From: an uncultured Lachnospiraceae bacterium
GTDB lineage: Bacteria > Bacillota > Clostridia > TANB77 > CAG-508
DNA: 64,000 nucleotides
Assembly: GCA_964455975.1 (NCBI GenBank)
Contig: CAYVYP010000001.1
Span: forward strand, 592-64,591
Direction: 5' to 3'
The notes below the pieces were generated by a model. That model was not told the origin of the DNA and searched no databases. It was given only the letters and a program-made list of their open reading frames with translations. Positions 30,614-40,639 of this stretch are shown here, piece by piece. A program made the position numbers and the translations under genes. Numbering within the stretch: the first letter of the stretch is position 1; each line of letters opens with the position of its first letter.

Positions 30614-31360
30614 ATGTACTATAAATATAATGGATTAGATATTTTAAAAAAAGCTAAAACTCCATATTCATATATTGAAAATTTAAATATATTATTAATT
30701 CGCCATGGAGAATCTGAAGTTAATGCTATGCAATCAAATTATAAAAATTTAGGAAAACCATTAACTGAAAGTTTAAAGATAGAAGATGCTTTAATAAAGT
30801 TAACAGATAATGGAGTTGAACAAGCAAAGAAATTAGGTATATCTTTAAAAAATTATATGGTAAAAAATAATATCCTTCATAATAATGTTTTAGTTTTAGT
30901 TTCTCCATATGAAAGAGCTCGAAAAACTTTTGAAATTGCTAATGAGTATTTAAAATTCGAAGAAAATTCTGATAATATTTTTGTTCTAAATTCTCTAATT
31001 GAGCAATTTTTTGGTGCATTTCATATGATTAGTAGAGATGTAAAAAAAGAAGTATATTCTAAAATATATGAAGAATGTATTAGAAACTCTATCTCTTATT
31101 TCAAACCAACTTTTTTAGGAGAATCTCCCTTTGATGTTTGCAACAGACTTTGGAGTGCTATATATTTTTTAAAAGATTACACACAAGAAAATAATATTAA
31201 AAATGTATTTATTTTTGGTCATGGTAATGCAAATAAATGTATGCTTATGAATCTTTTAAACCTACCTCCAGAATTTTATAATGATTTTCCAAAAGCTACT
31301 AATTCATCAATTATCAATATTAAATATGGTAAATTTAATCAAATTAATCTACTAAATTAA
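30614..31360 (+). CDS. Histidine phosphatase superfamily (phosphoglycerate-mutase-like) protein.
   Basis: LLIRHGESEVNA (RHG motif) and FIFGHGN second His motif. Confidence 0.7.
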   Translation: MYYKYNGLDILKKAKTPYSYIENLNILLIRHGESEVNAMQSNYKNLGKPLTESLKIEDALIKLTDNGVEQAKKLGISLKNYMVKNNILHNNVLVLVSPYERARKTFEIANEYLKFEENSDNIFVLNSLIEQFFGAFHMISRDVKKEVYSKIYEECIRNSISYFKPTFLGESPFDVCNRLWSAIYFLKDYTQENNIKNVFIFGHGNANKCMLMNLLNLPPEFYNDFPKATNSSIINIKYGKFNQINLLN

Positions 31361-31426
31361 AATTATATTTATAATTTTAATTTTTTAATTTCACCTTGTT
31401 TTTTTAGTGTTTTTAATATAAAATAA

Positions 31427-33686
31427 TTGAAAGAAATTTATATAAAAATCGAGGTAAAAATATTGAAAAAAAATATAAAAGTTGAAAAAGAAAAAGTTCC
31501 TGACGTTCTTTCATTTAAAAAGCTACGCTATGCTATGTTAGTAATATTATTATTGTTATTATTACTTGTTGTTAGGCTTACTTGGATACAAGTTTTTGAT
31601 AGTAGCTATTTAAAAGAGGAAGCGTATAAACAACTTACTACAAATAGAGTAATAAGTCCTAAAATGGGAAGTATTTACGATTCTACTGGTCAAGCATTGG
31701 CAGTTAGCGCGATTGTAGATACTGTTTCTATTAATCCTACAAAAATAATTGTAAAAGATGATGAATCTGCAACTAAAATTTTAAAAGAAAAAGTTGCAAA
31801 GGCATTTTCCGAAATATTTGAATTGGATTATGAGGCAACTTTAGAAAAAGTAAATAGTGAAGCTTCAATTGAAAAAATTGCAAAAAAAGTAGAACAAGAT
31901 AAAATAACTAAATTAAAAGAATGGATGGAGGAAAACAAAGTTTATTCTGGAATTAATATAGATGAAGATACAAAAAGATATTACCCTTACAATAATTTAG
32001 CTTCTAACCTTATTGGTGTTACAGGAGATGATAACCAAGGTTTAGCTGGATTAGAAAAAAAATGGGAAAGTGTTTTAACTGGTACAAGTGGAAAAATGAT
32101 TGCAATTGAAGATGCTTCTAGAGAAATTATTCCAGACCAAAACCAAACATATATCCCTGCACAAAATGGTAGTAATTTAATTCTTACACTTGATGTAAAA
32201 GTTCAATCTATTATAGAAAAATATTTAAAACAAGCTGTAGAAGAAAATGATTGTAAACGTGGTGGTATTGCTATGGTTATGAATCCTAAAACTGGAGATG
32301 TTTTAGGTATGGCTTCATATCCAGACTTTGATTTAAATGATCCATTTACACTTAAAACTGGTTATTCAACTGTTCAAGAAATGTGGATGAATAGATGTAT
32401 TGGTGAAACTTATGAACCTGGTTCTACTTTTAAATTAATTACAGCTGCTACGGCTTTAGAAGAAAATATAACACAAACTGATGTTGCTAATGATTTTTAT
32501 TGCAAAGGATATGAAGAAATAGCAAAAGAGAGAATTACATGCTGGAGACCTCTATGGAATCCACATGGTTATCAAACATTACGAAAAGCTTTAGAAAATT
32601 CTTGTAACCCTGCTTTTATGCAATTAGGAAAAAGAATAGGTGCAGAAACATTATATAAATATTATGAAGCATTTGGTTTAATGCAAAAAACTGGATTTGA
32701 CTCTAACGGAGAAAGTTCTAGCGTATTTCATAAATTAGAAAATGTTAAAGAAACAGAACTTGCTACGATGTCATTCGGTCAAAGAATTAAAGTTACTCCA
32801 ATACAATTATTAACTGCAGTTTCAGCTATCGCAAATGATGGAATTTTAATGCAACCTAGAGTTGTTAAACAAATAGTTAATACTGATGATGGTAGTATTA
32901 CAACTATTGACCCAGTTTCTGTAAGACAAGTTATTTCAAAAGAAACTTCTGACCAAATGAAAAGTTTAATGGAATCTGTTGTAGTAACAGGTACTGGTGG
33001 TAATGCAAGTGTTTCTGGATATTCTATTGGTGGAAAAACTGGAACATCAGAACCAAACCCTGATCATCCAGAAGAGGGTTATACAGCTTCATATATTGCA
33101 ATTTCTCCTGTTGAAGATGCACAAGTTGCTATATTAGTTGCTTTATATAAACCAACTGGAAATAATGGTCATCAAGGTGGACAAGTTGCAGGTCCTGTAA
33201 TTTCTCAAATGTTATCTGAAATACTTCCTTATTTAGGAATTGCTTCTGATGATGTATCTACTAACGAAACTTCTACTAGTGATTCTGAAAAAATAATATA
33301 TGTTCCAGATATTACTAATATGACAGTAACAGAGGCAGAGAAAAAATTAGAAGCTTTAGGGCTTACAGTTAGCATTTCAATAACAGGTGATAAAAATTCT
33401 ACATTAGTAAAAAATCAAGTTCCTAAAAAAGGAACTGGACTTTTAAAAAATGGAATTGTAAAAATTTATGGAGAAGGAAATGATGTAAGCGTTTCCACAA
33501 CAGTTCCAAATTTAAAAGGAATGACTTCAGCCCAAGCTAAAAATGCATTAAAAGCTAAAAATTTAAATATACATATTGAAGGTTCACGGTGTTGTTATAA
33601 CACAAGACCCAGCATTTGGTTCTTCTATTGAAGAAGGAACAATTGTAAATGTAACATTAAAAAAAGAATTAACAGACGCACATTAA
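31427..33686 (+). CDS. Class B penicillin-binding protein (FtsI/SpoVD-like transpeptidase) with C-terminal PASTA domains. The 3' end is disrupted by an in-frame CGG at 33587-33589.
   Basis: TM anchor, PBP dimerisation domain, SxxK (GSTFK), SxN and KTGT motifs, two PASTA repeats. The listed ORF ends …IEGSRCCYNTRPSIWFFY*. Dropping the C of the CGG gives the canonical PASTA end …IEGSGVVITQDPAFGSSIEEGTIVNVTLKKELTDAH* (stop 33684-33686). True start may be the TTG near 31463. Confidence 0.8.
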
Positions 33687-33706
33687 AATAACCTATAATT
33701 ACTATA

Positions 33707-33732
33707 TAAAAGCTCCCCTAAGGGGAGCTTTT
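33707..33732 (+). terminator. Rho-independent terminator of the PASTA-PBP gene.
   Basis: Perfect hairpin AAAAGCTCCCC-TAA-GGGGAGCTTTT followed by a T-rich tract, 20 nt after the restored stop codon. Confidence 0.7.
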
Positions 33733-33755
33733 ACCATATTATTTTTAATTTTTTT

Positions 33756-33795
33756 CTGCAGAATTCTCTGCAGCGCTCTGCAGAATTCTCTGCAG
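33756..33795. repeat. Tandem direct repeat 2 x 18 bp (CTGCAGAATTCTCTGCAG) separated by CGCT, built entirely from 6-bp palindromes.
   Basis: ctgcagaattctctgcag-cgct-ctgcagaattctctgcag, lying between the convergent PBP and AAA_4 genes. Confidence 0.8.
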
Positions 33796-33796
33796 T

Positions 33797-35215
33797 TTAT
33801 TTAATTTTCCATATTGATTTAGTATCAGAACCATCATTTTCAATAATTTCTTTTTTTCTTAAATATGTTAATGCTGTTCTAACTCTATTATTCATGATAT
33901 CTTGCTTATCATTTAATAACGGATATATGTATTCGTTTATTTCTCCTCTATTTCTGCCACTACTAATTCTTATAAAATCAAGTATTAATTCTTTTAACTT
34001 TTGGCTATTTATATATTCTACCTTATCTTCTTTCAATTTTATAAGTGGAATTTTAACTTTAAAAATTTCATCATCTCTAAATTCAGGAACATTACCACTA
34101 TATATTTCTGTATATTTTACAATTTTTTTAATTCCTGACCCTAATTCGTCTGCAAGTCCTATTTCTTTAAAAAAGTTAGCTATTTTAGGATTTTTAGGAT
34201 ATGGTGAATAATTATCTAAATCTATAAATCCTATTATTCTAGGCTTATTTGCATTCTCTGTTAAAATTTCTGTGTTAGTTAAAATCAATTTTGCTGGATA
34301 AGGATTTGAATATTCTCTGTGTATTAATAAATTTGTACATAACTCACGTGCTATAACATCTCTAATATTTATTCTTTGATCATTTTCAATATAAAATTTA
34401 TCATTTAAATGTTTTTTTATAAAATCAGTTAATCTTTCATAGCTTTCAAGCAGATTGGTTTTTATATCATCTCTATCATCATATCTATCTAAATCTTTAA
34501 CTTTTAAAATAGCATCTGTTCTGTAATATGATAATGCTGATGCTATAACATCATCTTTGCCAAAAAGTAATATACATGCTAAATTTATTCCTTCTTCTCC
34601 AGTTTGCAAATTTTTTTCATATAAAGAAGCACTTCTTAACATTTCTATGTCATTCATTTTAGACCATGGATGATTTACAGTTCTATTAGATGCCATAATC
34701 CTCGCTTTTTCTATTAAATCTTTCCTTAAATCTTCCATTGTAGCAAATGGATATATTTTATTTTCTATATAAGTACTATTTTTTCTAATGTATAAATTAG
34801 AAATCTGATTTGTGTTAGTTGTTATATCGAAATCTCCATCTTCATTTCTATCAAAAATTTTATTAGCAGTTTTATGAACATCTGAACTTTCATAAACATA
34901 AATATATAGTATATGCTTTTCTTTATAGATATATTCCTTGATTTCTAAATGTGCAGTAGGAAATAATTTTTCTGGATTATTACATTGATTTACAAAATCT
35001 TTTTTCATTTCCTTTATACTATCTTTATAAATCCCATCTACATTTCCATTATCTTTAACTCCTAAAAAAATGTTTCCACCATTTCTATTTAGCATTGAAC
35101 ATACGCTTTCAAATAAGTTTGATGGTAACTTCTGTTTTGCTTCTTTAAACTCTACTGTTATACTCTCACCTTTTTCCATAATTTTTAAAAGGTTATTTGG
35201 CAACATATCTTCCAT
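33797..35215 (-). CDS. Putative ATP-dependent DNA-binding protein/transcriptional regulator (divergent AAA_4/AlbA_2 plus HATPase_c_4 'RecG-like' family).
   Basis: N-terminal GESITVEFKEAKQKLP…NGGNIFLGVKDNGNVDGI (AlbA_2/Schlafen-like). C-terminal ATPase-like region with a wHTH end. Confidence 0.6.
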   Translation of the reverse strand: MEDMLPNNLLKIMEKGESITVEFKEAKQKLPSNLFESVCSMLNRNGGNIFLGVKDNGNVDGIYKDSIKEMKKDFVNQCNNPEKLFPTAHLEIKEYIYKEKHILYIYVYESSDVHKTANKIFDRNEDGDFDITTNTNQISNLYIRKNSTYIENKIYPFATMEDLRKDLIEKARIMASNRTVNHPWSKMNDIEMLRSASLYEKNLQTGEEGINLACILLFGKDDVIASALSYYRTDAILKVKDLDRYDDRDDIKTNLLESYERLTDFIKKHLNDKFYIENDQRINIRDVIARELCTNLLIHREYSNPYPAKLILTNTEILTENANKPRIIGFIDLDNYSPYPKNPKIANFFKEIGLADELGSGIKKIVKYTEIYSGNVPEFRDDEIFKVKIPLIKLKEDKVEYINSQKLKELILDFIRISSGRNRGEINEYIYPLLNDKQDIMNNRVRTALTYLRKKEIIENDGSDTKSIWKIK

Positions 35216-35274
35216 ACTATACCTCCTATTTATTTTGTAGCATATTATTATATAAATATTGTTTCATATTATTT

Positions 35275-37768
35275 TTAATTTTTTTCTATCTTCATTACTA
35301 TTATAGTCATATCATCTTTTGCCACTCCATAATTATTGTCAATTGCCTCTAATAGTAATAAATCTGCTATTTTTTGAGGATTCGTAGTTTCTATTTTATC
35401 TATAAAATCTTTTACCCATAATTCCTTATTTTTATATTCATTATTAGAATCCACAACTCCATCACTACACATTACAATAATTTGATTTTTATCTATATCT
35501 TTATCATATATATTTAAATCTATATTATCTAATATTCCTGCTGGTAATGATAGTGCTTTTATTATTTGAGTTTCTTTTCCTTCTTTTATAAAAGTTGGAC
35601 ATGCTCCATTTTTTATAAACTCTAAATTTCCATTATATAAATCTAAAACTAATACATCTAAAGTTGCATACATATCATCTTTTGCATTTAATGAAAGTGT
35701 TGAGTTTATTAACTTTAATGAGTTTTCTTTATCAAATCCTGATGATAATAATTTTTCTAACATATTTAATGCTGTTTTACTACTTTTTTTAGCATTTTCT
35801 CCTGAACCCATACCATCACTAATTGCCATTAAATATTTACCGTCTTTTAGCTTTATTTGTACACTACTATCTCCTGAAGCTATTTCTTTTTCCTTTGTAG
35901 CTTTAGATATTCCTATTTTTATATTATATTTATCTTCAGATATATATGTATCTACATTTTCTTCTTTTAATAAATTTATTTTATCTTTTTTTACCTTTTG
36001 TTTTATTATATTACTTAAAATTTTTTCTATTTTTTCATCTGATATTTTTTCATTTAAGAAATTGTTTTCCACTTTTTTATATATTTTTATTATATACTTT
36101 CCACTTTTTTCTACATTTACAGCTATTTCTTCAAATTCAATACCTTTTTCATTAAAAATATGTTCTATTTCTTCTTTTTTATTTTGAATATTTATTTGAG
36201 GATTTGCTCCGTATATCTTGTGCTAATGATGAAATAGCTTTTGATACTCCTTCTAATTGGTTTGAAGCTAATTTTTTTTCTTCATCTATTTTCATTTTCC
36301 ATACATAACTTAATTTGCTTATTTTATATGTATAATTAATTGCTTTAATTGCCTTTAAAATATCTTTTGCTGCATCTTCTTCAAGTTCTTCAGATTCAAA
36401 CCCAACTATAAAATTATTATATTTTGCAAATATTTCAATAAGTTCTCCTTTTTCTATTTCTTCTTTTTCTATTAATTTATTGAAAATATCTTTAGCTATT
36501 TCAGAGTCTTTAGAAGTTATATCTTCAAATAATATGTTTTCTTCATCACCTATCATACTATTTTGTAATTCTTCTAAAAATATTTCTCTTGCTTGTTTTA
36601 ATTGTTTTGTTTCGTTTATTTCTAATGTTGTAGCTGCTGCTTCATCATAGCTTCTGGCTATTTCAGAAATCGTTTCAGACATATTATTAAGTTTTAAAAT
36701 TGTTTCTTTATTTGCTTCTAATACTCTTCCTGAATTGTTTGGAAGATATTTTGTTTTTCCAAATAAATCTTCTATGTCTATAACTATAGATTTTGGAATT
36801 GCTAAAAGCCCTAATGATGCAATTAATATTTCTTTTATTAAAATTATAGTTTGTGTATTTCCATTTGTGAAATATGCAACTATTCCATTTCCTACTATAA
36901 AACCTACTATTACTCCAACTTTTCCAAACCTATTTAACACACCTGCTATCATTCCACAAACAGCATATGAAGCCACCATAATAGGATTACTATTACCTAT
37001 TATTCCAAGTACAACACCTATTGTAGTACCTGTTGTTGCTCCAACTAAAATTCCATTTTTCCATCCCATTATCATTACTAATAAAATGCTTAATATATTT
37101 TTTAAAGAAAATCCAAATATTTGAAAATTTCCAAATGCTGAAATTGCTATTGATAACATTAAACTTGCACCAATAACTTCTTCTACTGAAAAAGCTTGTT
37201 TTATTCCATAATCTTTTATTACTAAAATAGAATTTGCAAATATTTTATAGAATACAAATGCAACTACAGCGTTTGCTATACTACTTAATAAATCATATAC
37301 ATAAAAGTTTGTAAAAAACATTTTAGTAATATTTACTACTAAACATGCAAATATTAAATATCCACCTAGTTTTTTCTGTTCGTTTGCATCATCTATTTTT
37401 ACTTTTGGTCTTTTAATTAATATTGCTACTGTAAAGACAGCTATTGTTAATATGTAAATAAGCAAATTACTTGCCCCAAATTTAATAAATGTTCCAATTG
37501 CTGTTGCAACAAACACCATACCAACACTAACATAATTACTAGCACATGCTGCTACTATTGCTAATGCAAATGGAGTAAACCCCATGTCAAATCCAACCAT
37601 AGACATCATAAATGATATAATATAAAGTACTATCTGTCTTATTGAAAACAAATCTTTTACTATATTTTTTAGCTTTTCACCTTTATTTAGTTGTGTTTCC
37701 TCATATTTTATTTCATCATTTGTACAATCGTCTTCTTGTATGTTTTGAAACATTTTATACCACCTCAT
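35275..37768 (-). CDS. spoIIE: Stage II sporulation protein E (membrane-anchored PP2C phosphatase), split into 529-aa and 265-aa ORFs by an in-frame CGG at 36209-36211.
   Basis: About 10 TM helices in the N-terminal part; PP2C domain in the C-terminal part (AISDGMGSGENA…MCSDGVVD). Dropping the C of the CGG joins the frames (…LAQDIGANPQINIQNKKEEIEHIFNEKGIEFEEIAVNVEKSGKYIIKIYKKVENNFLNEK…), total about 830 aa. Confidence 0.8.
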
Positions 37769-37901
37769 ACTCTTTCTTTTATATATGTATTTTAGTACAA
37801 GCTATATTAAAAAGTTTGTCATTTTAATGTACATAAATAGAAAAAGTTTTTTACATATTACGATTTGTTTTTTTATATTTCTTTTTTTTGCAAATTAAAA
37901 A

Positions 37902-37938
37902 GCTAATTTACGATTACTATTTTATCGTAAATTAGCTA
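37902..37938. promoter_or_regulatory. Perfect 14-bp inverted repeat AGCTAATTTACGAT-n9-ATCGTAAATTAGCT about 135 bp upstream of spoIIE; a candidate operator.
   Basis: Perfect palindrome arms. A third TTACGAT copy lies at about 37855-37861. Confidence 0.4.
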
Positions 37939-38019
37939 AAAATACAAGGTTTTAGAAGAAAATTAATCTATATAAAAGTTAATGTTCAGACTAATTACAA
38001 ATATTTTAATAATTAGCAA

Positions 38020-38219
38020 GTAGGGGAGAACTCTGTTCTCCCGATTATTCGATCTGCTATTATTATAATCATGTGTATATGGTTTAGCATAATTACATAT
38101 TTATCAATAACAACATTTATATATTTTTCTTTTATTTCTTCTATTTCTTTTTCTATTCGTATTCCTATTTCAGTTAATATTATATTTTTATATTGCGGGA
38201 GAACAGAGTTCTCCCCTAC
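38020..38219. repeat. Pair of perfect 24-bp inverted repeats (38020-38043 and 38196-38219), each itself a GC-rich hairpin, flanking a 152-bp AT-rich spacer in the spoIIE upstream intergenic region.
   Basis: GTAGGGGAGAACTCTGTTCTCCCG … CGGGAGAACAGAGTTCTCCCCTAC; the loops tct/aga are reverse complements, so these are true inverted copies. Confidence 0.8.
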
Positions 38220-38280
38220 ATTTATATTCTCTTCTACAACTTATAGTTTAGTCTGAAAATCAACATATAAAATTCAAATT

Positions 38281-39975
38281 TTAAAAATTATAATTTGCTT
38301 TATCTACTTTATAATTTATATTTCTTTCTCCTTGTGTTAAAATTCTATTATAAACTCTAACTGAATATATTGTTCCTTTTAAACCTCCACTACCATTAGT
38401 ACCATATGGATTCGTTCCTAATGCTAATATAGTATTATTAGCAGGAGTTTTAATTTTATCCGGAATAATATATTGTGTTTCAACTCCATTTTCAAAAATT
38501 CTTAATACATTTTGATCATAATCACCTGATAAATAATACATTTTATTTACTTCAACATTACTATTTGAAAATACCTTTTTATATCCATTTGTTATTCCTC
38601 GTATTTGCATAAAATTTTTTCCATCAACATATGATAGCCCATATCCCCCGTCTTCATAATTACAAATATATATTGTTTCAAATGTATTTATTGCACTATT
38701 TTTTACTACTACTTCTAATGTTATAGTATCATAATTTAATTCTCCTATTGAAACCCAACTATTATTATTTCCATTAAAAACCAATCCATTATCTGTCCAT
38801 ACAGTTCCACCTTTTAGAATTCCATCATTTCCATTTCCACTTAAATCCTTCCACACTGTTGCATTATTATCATGCTGATTTCCTGTATTATTAATACCAT
38901 CATACCACAATATTAATCCATTTTTTACTATTTCTTCTACATTTTTAATTGTAATTGTTTTTTCTATTTCTTGCCCTTTCATATTTTGCACTTTTATTGT
39001 AATTAGTCCGTTTGCTGTTGCTGCATATATAAAATTTCTAAATGTTTCTCCTTCACAATTTACTATTTCTCCATTTGGCATTGTTATTTGCTTTAATCCA
39101 TTTATATAATCTTGAACTTTAACTTTTACATATGAAATTGTATTACCTAAATTTGATGATTCCTCCATACTTATTGCAAATTTACTTGTGACTACTGTTT
39201 TTGCTGATCTTACATTTTTAACACTTGTATCAGAATCTAATACACAAGTATCTTTATTTACAATTATTGTTTGAGTATTTTTATCTTCTTGAATTGTAGC
39301 TTCTAATGTATATTTTTTTCCTGTTTCTATTTCTTTAAATGTTCCTTTTGTTCCATTTTCTAATGTTATCCCATTTATTGTAAAACCTGTTACTTTATCT
39401 GAAAATTCTAATGTGTATATTATCTTATTTTGTAATTCTACATTAGTTAAATCAGCTGTAATTTTGCAAACTGGTTTTAATTTTATATCATCTGTTTCAT
39501 ATAATGAATAAATTGTTTTCCCTTCTTCAAGAGTTATTCCCTTTGGATAATATATTGTATAACTTTGTTCATTAATAATGTATACATCTCTGGTATTTAC
39601 TGAATTTGCTTTATATTCAAAATATCCTCTTCCATTAGTTAATGTTAAATTATCTAATAAATCTAAATCTATTACATAGTAATTTCCATTATCATTCTTG
39701 CTTCTATTTCCTATGTGACTTATATCTGTATATTTTGCTCCAATTACTGGCAATTCTCCATTTTCAGATACATATAAACTCACTCTTTCTTCTAGTACAT
39801 CCATATCATTTTTAAAATCATTAAAAAGTTTTAATTTATTACCAGTGTTTAAATTAGATGAAATTGTAAAGCTTAATATTAATATTACAATTATTGTTAT
39901 AATTAAAGCTATTAATGTTATTCCACTTTGATTTTTTATTTGCTTAATAACCTTCTCTTCTTTTGGAAACTCCAT
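38281..39975 (-). CDS. Secreted/membrane-anchored protein with a prepilin-like N-terminus and a C-terminal LamG (concanavalin-A-like lectin) domain.
   Basis: N-terminus MEFPKEEKVIKQIKNQS|GITLIALIITIIVILIL resembles type IV pilin/pseudopilin G-F-T-L-I-E… but has Ala at +5. C-terminal LamG-like jelly roll (…WKDLSGNGNDGILKGGTVWTDNGLVFNGNNNSWVSIG…GTIYSVRVYNRILT). Confidence 0.5.
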   Translation of the reverse strand: MEFPKEEKVIKQIKNQSGITLIALIITIIVILILSFTISSNLNTGNKLKLFNDFKNDMDVLEERVSLYVSENGELPVIGAKYTDISHIGNRSKNDNGNYYVIDLDLLDNLTLTNGRGYFEYKANSVNTRDVYIINEQSYTIYYPKGITLEEGKTIYSLYETDDIKLKPVCKITADLTNVELQNKIIYTLEFSDKVTGFTINGITLENGTKGTFKEIETGKKYTLEATIQEDKNTQTIIVNKDTCVLDSDTSVKNVRSAKTVVTSKFAISMEESSNLGNTISYVKVKVQDYINGLKQITMPNGEIVNCEGETFRNFIYAATANGLITIKVQNMKGQEIEKTITIKNVEEIVKNGLILWYDGINNTGNQHDNNATVWKDLSGNGNDGILKGGTVWTDNGLVFNGNNNSWVSIGELNYDTITLEVVVKNSAINTFETIYICNYEDGGYGLSYVDGKNFMQIRGITNGYKKVFSNSNVEVNKMYYLSGDYDQNVLRIFENGVETQYIIPDKIKTPANNTILALGTNPYGTNGSGGLKGTIYSVRVYNRILTQGERNINYKVDKANYNF

Positions 39976-39987
39976 TGTGTACTCCTC

Positions 39988-40497
39988 TTATTTTTTAAAT
40001 ATTCTATAATCATAAGCATTTGTAAAGTCTGCTGTTACTTGTGTTGAAAATACCATTTCTTCATTTGGATTTATTTTATTTATATATCCTTCAAATGAAA
40101 TTATTAAATTTTCATTTTTGTCTAAAATTCTTATTTCTACTTCTTGTCCATTTATAGTCTTTTCAGAAACATTTTTTACATTTGCTACAACTGTAGATAA
40201 ATTATCTTTTTGTGTTATCATCATATTTGATATTTCTAGTCCTTCAACACTTGTTTTTACTTCTTTTAATTTTTCACTTTTATTTTGTTTAGTTCCATCT
40301 GATAAAACTGTTACAAATTCAGTATTTGAAATATCTTCTAACACATTTTCACTTGTATTATTGGTTCCATTATTTTTATTTTTGCTTGAAAATGCATTTA
40401 CTGCAAATACAATAACTCCAATTATTATAATTAATATTACTATTCCTATACTTATTTTTTTTATTGAAAGTTTTCTCTTTTTATTCATATTTTCCAT
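39988..40497 (-). CDS. Small type-II membrane-anchored hypothetical protein (DUF4352-like beta-sandwich?).
   Basis: N-terminal TM ISIGIVILIIIIGVIVFAV, then an extracytoplasmic domain of about 120 aa. Confidence 0.35.
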   Translation of the reverse strand: MENMNKKRKLSIKKISIGIVILIIIIGVIVFAVNAFSSKNKNNGTNNTSENVLEDISNTEFVTVLSDGTKQNKSEKLKEVKTSVEGLEISNMMITQKDNLSTVVANVKNVSEKTINGQEVEIRILDKNENLIISFEGYINKINPNEEMVFSTQVTADFTNAYDYRIFKK

Positions 40498-40590
40498 TTG
40501 TTTTCCTCCATTATTTAATTTATTATAACTATTTTATACATAATTTTATTTTTTAGCAATGGTTTTTGTAAATTAATTTATTTTTCTTAA

Positions 40591-40620
40591 ACAATAAAGG
40601 ACGTGCATATTGCACGCCCC
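40591..40620 (-). terminator. Rho-independent terminator of the 1381-aa adhesin gene.
   Basis: GC-rich hairpin GGACGTGCA-tat-TGCACGCCC followed by a U-rich tract in the minus sense. Confidence 0.6.
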
Positions 40621-40639
40621 TCTAAAAATTATTTAAATT

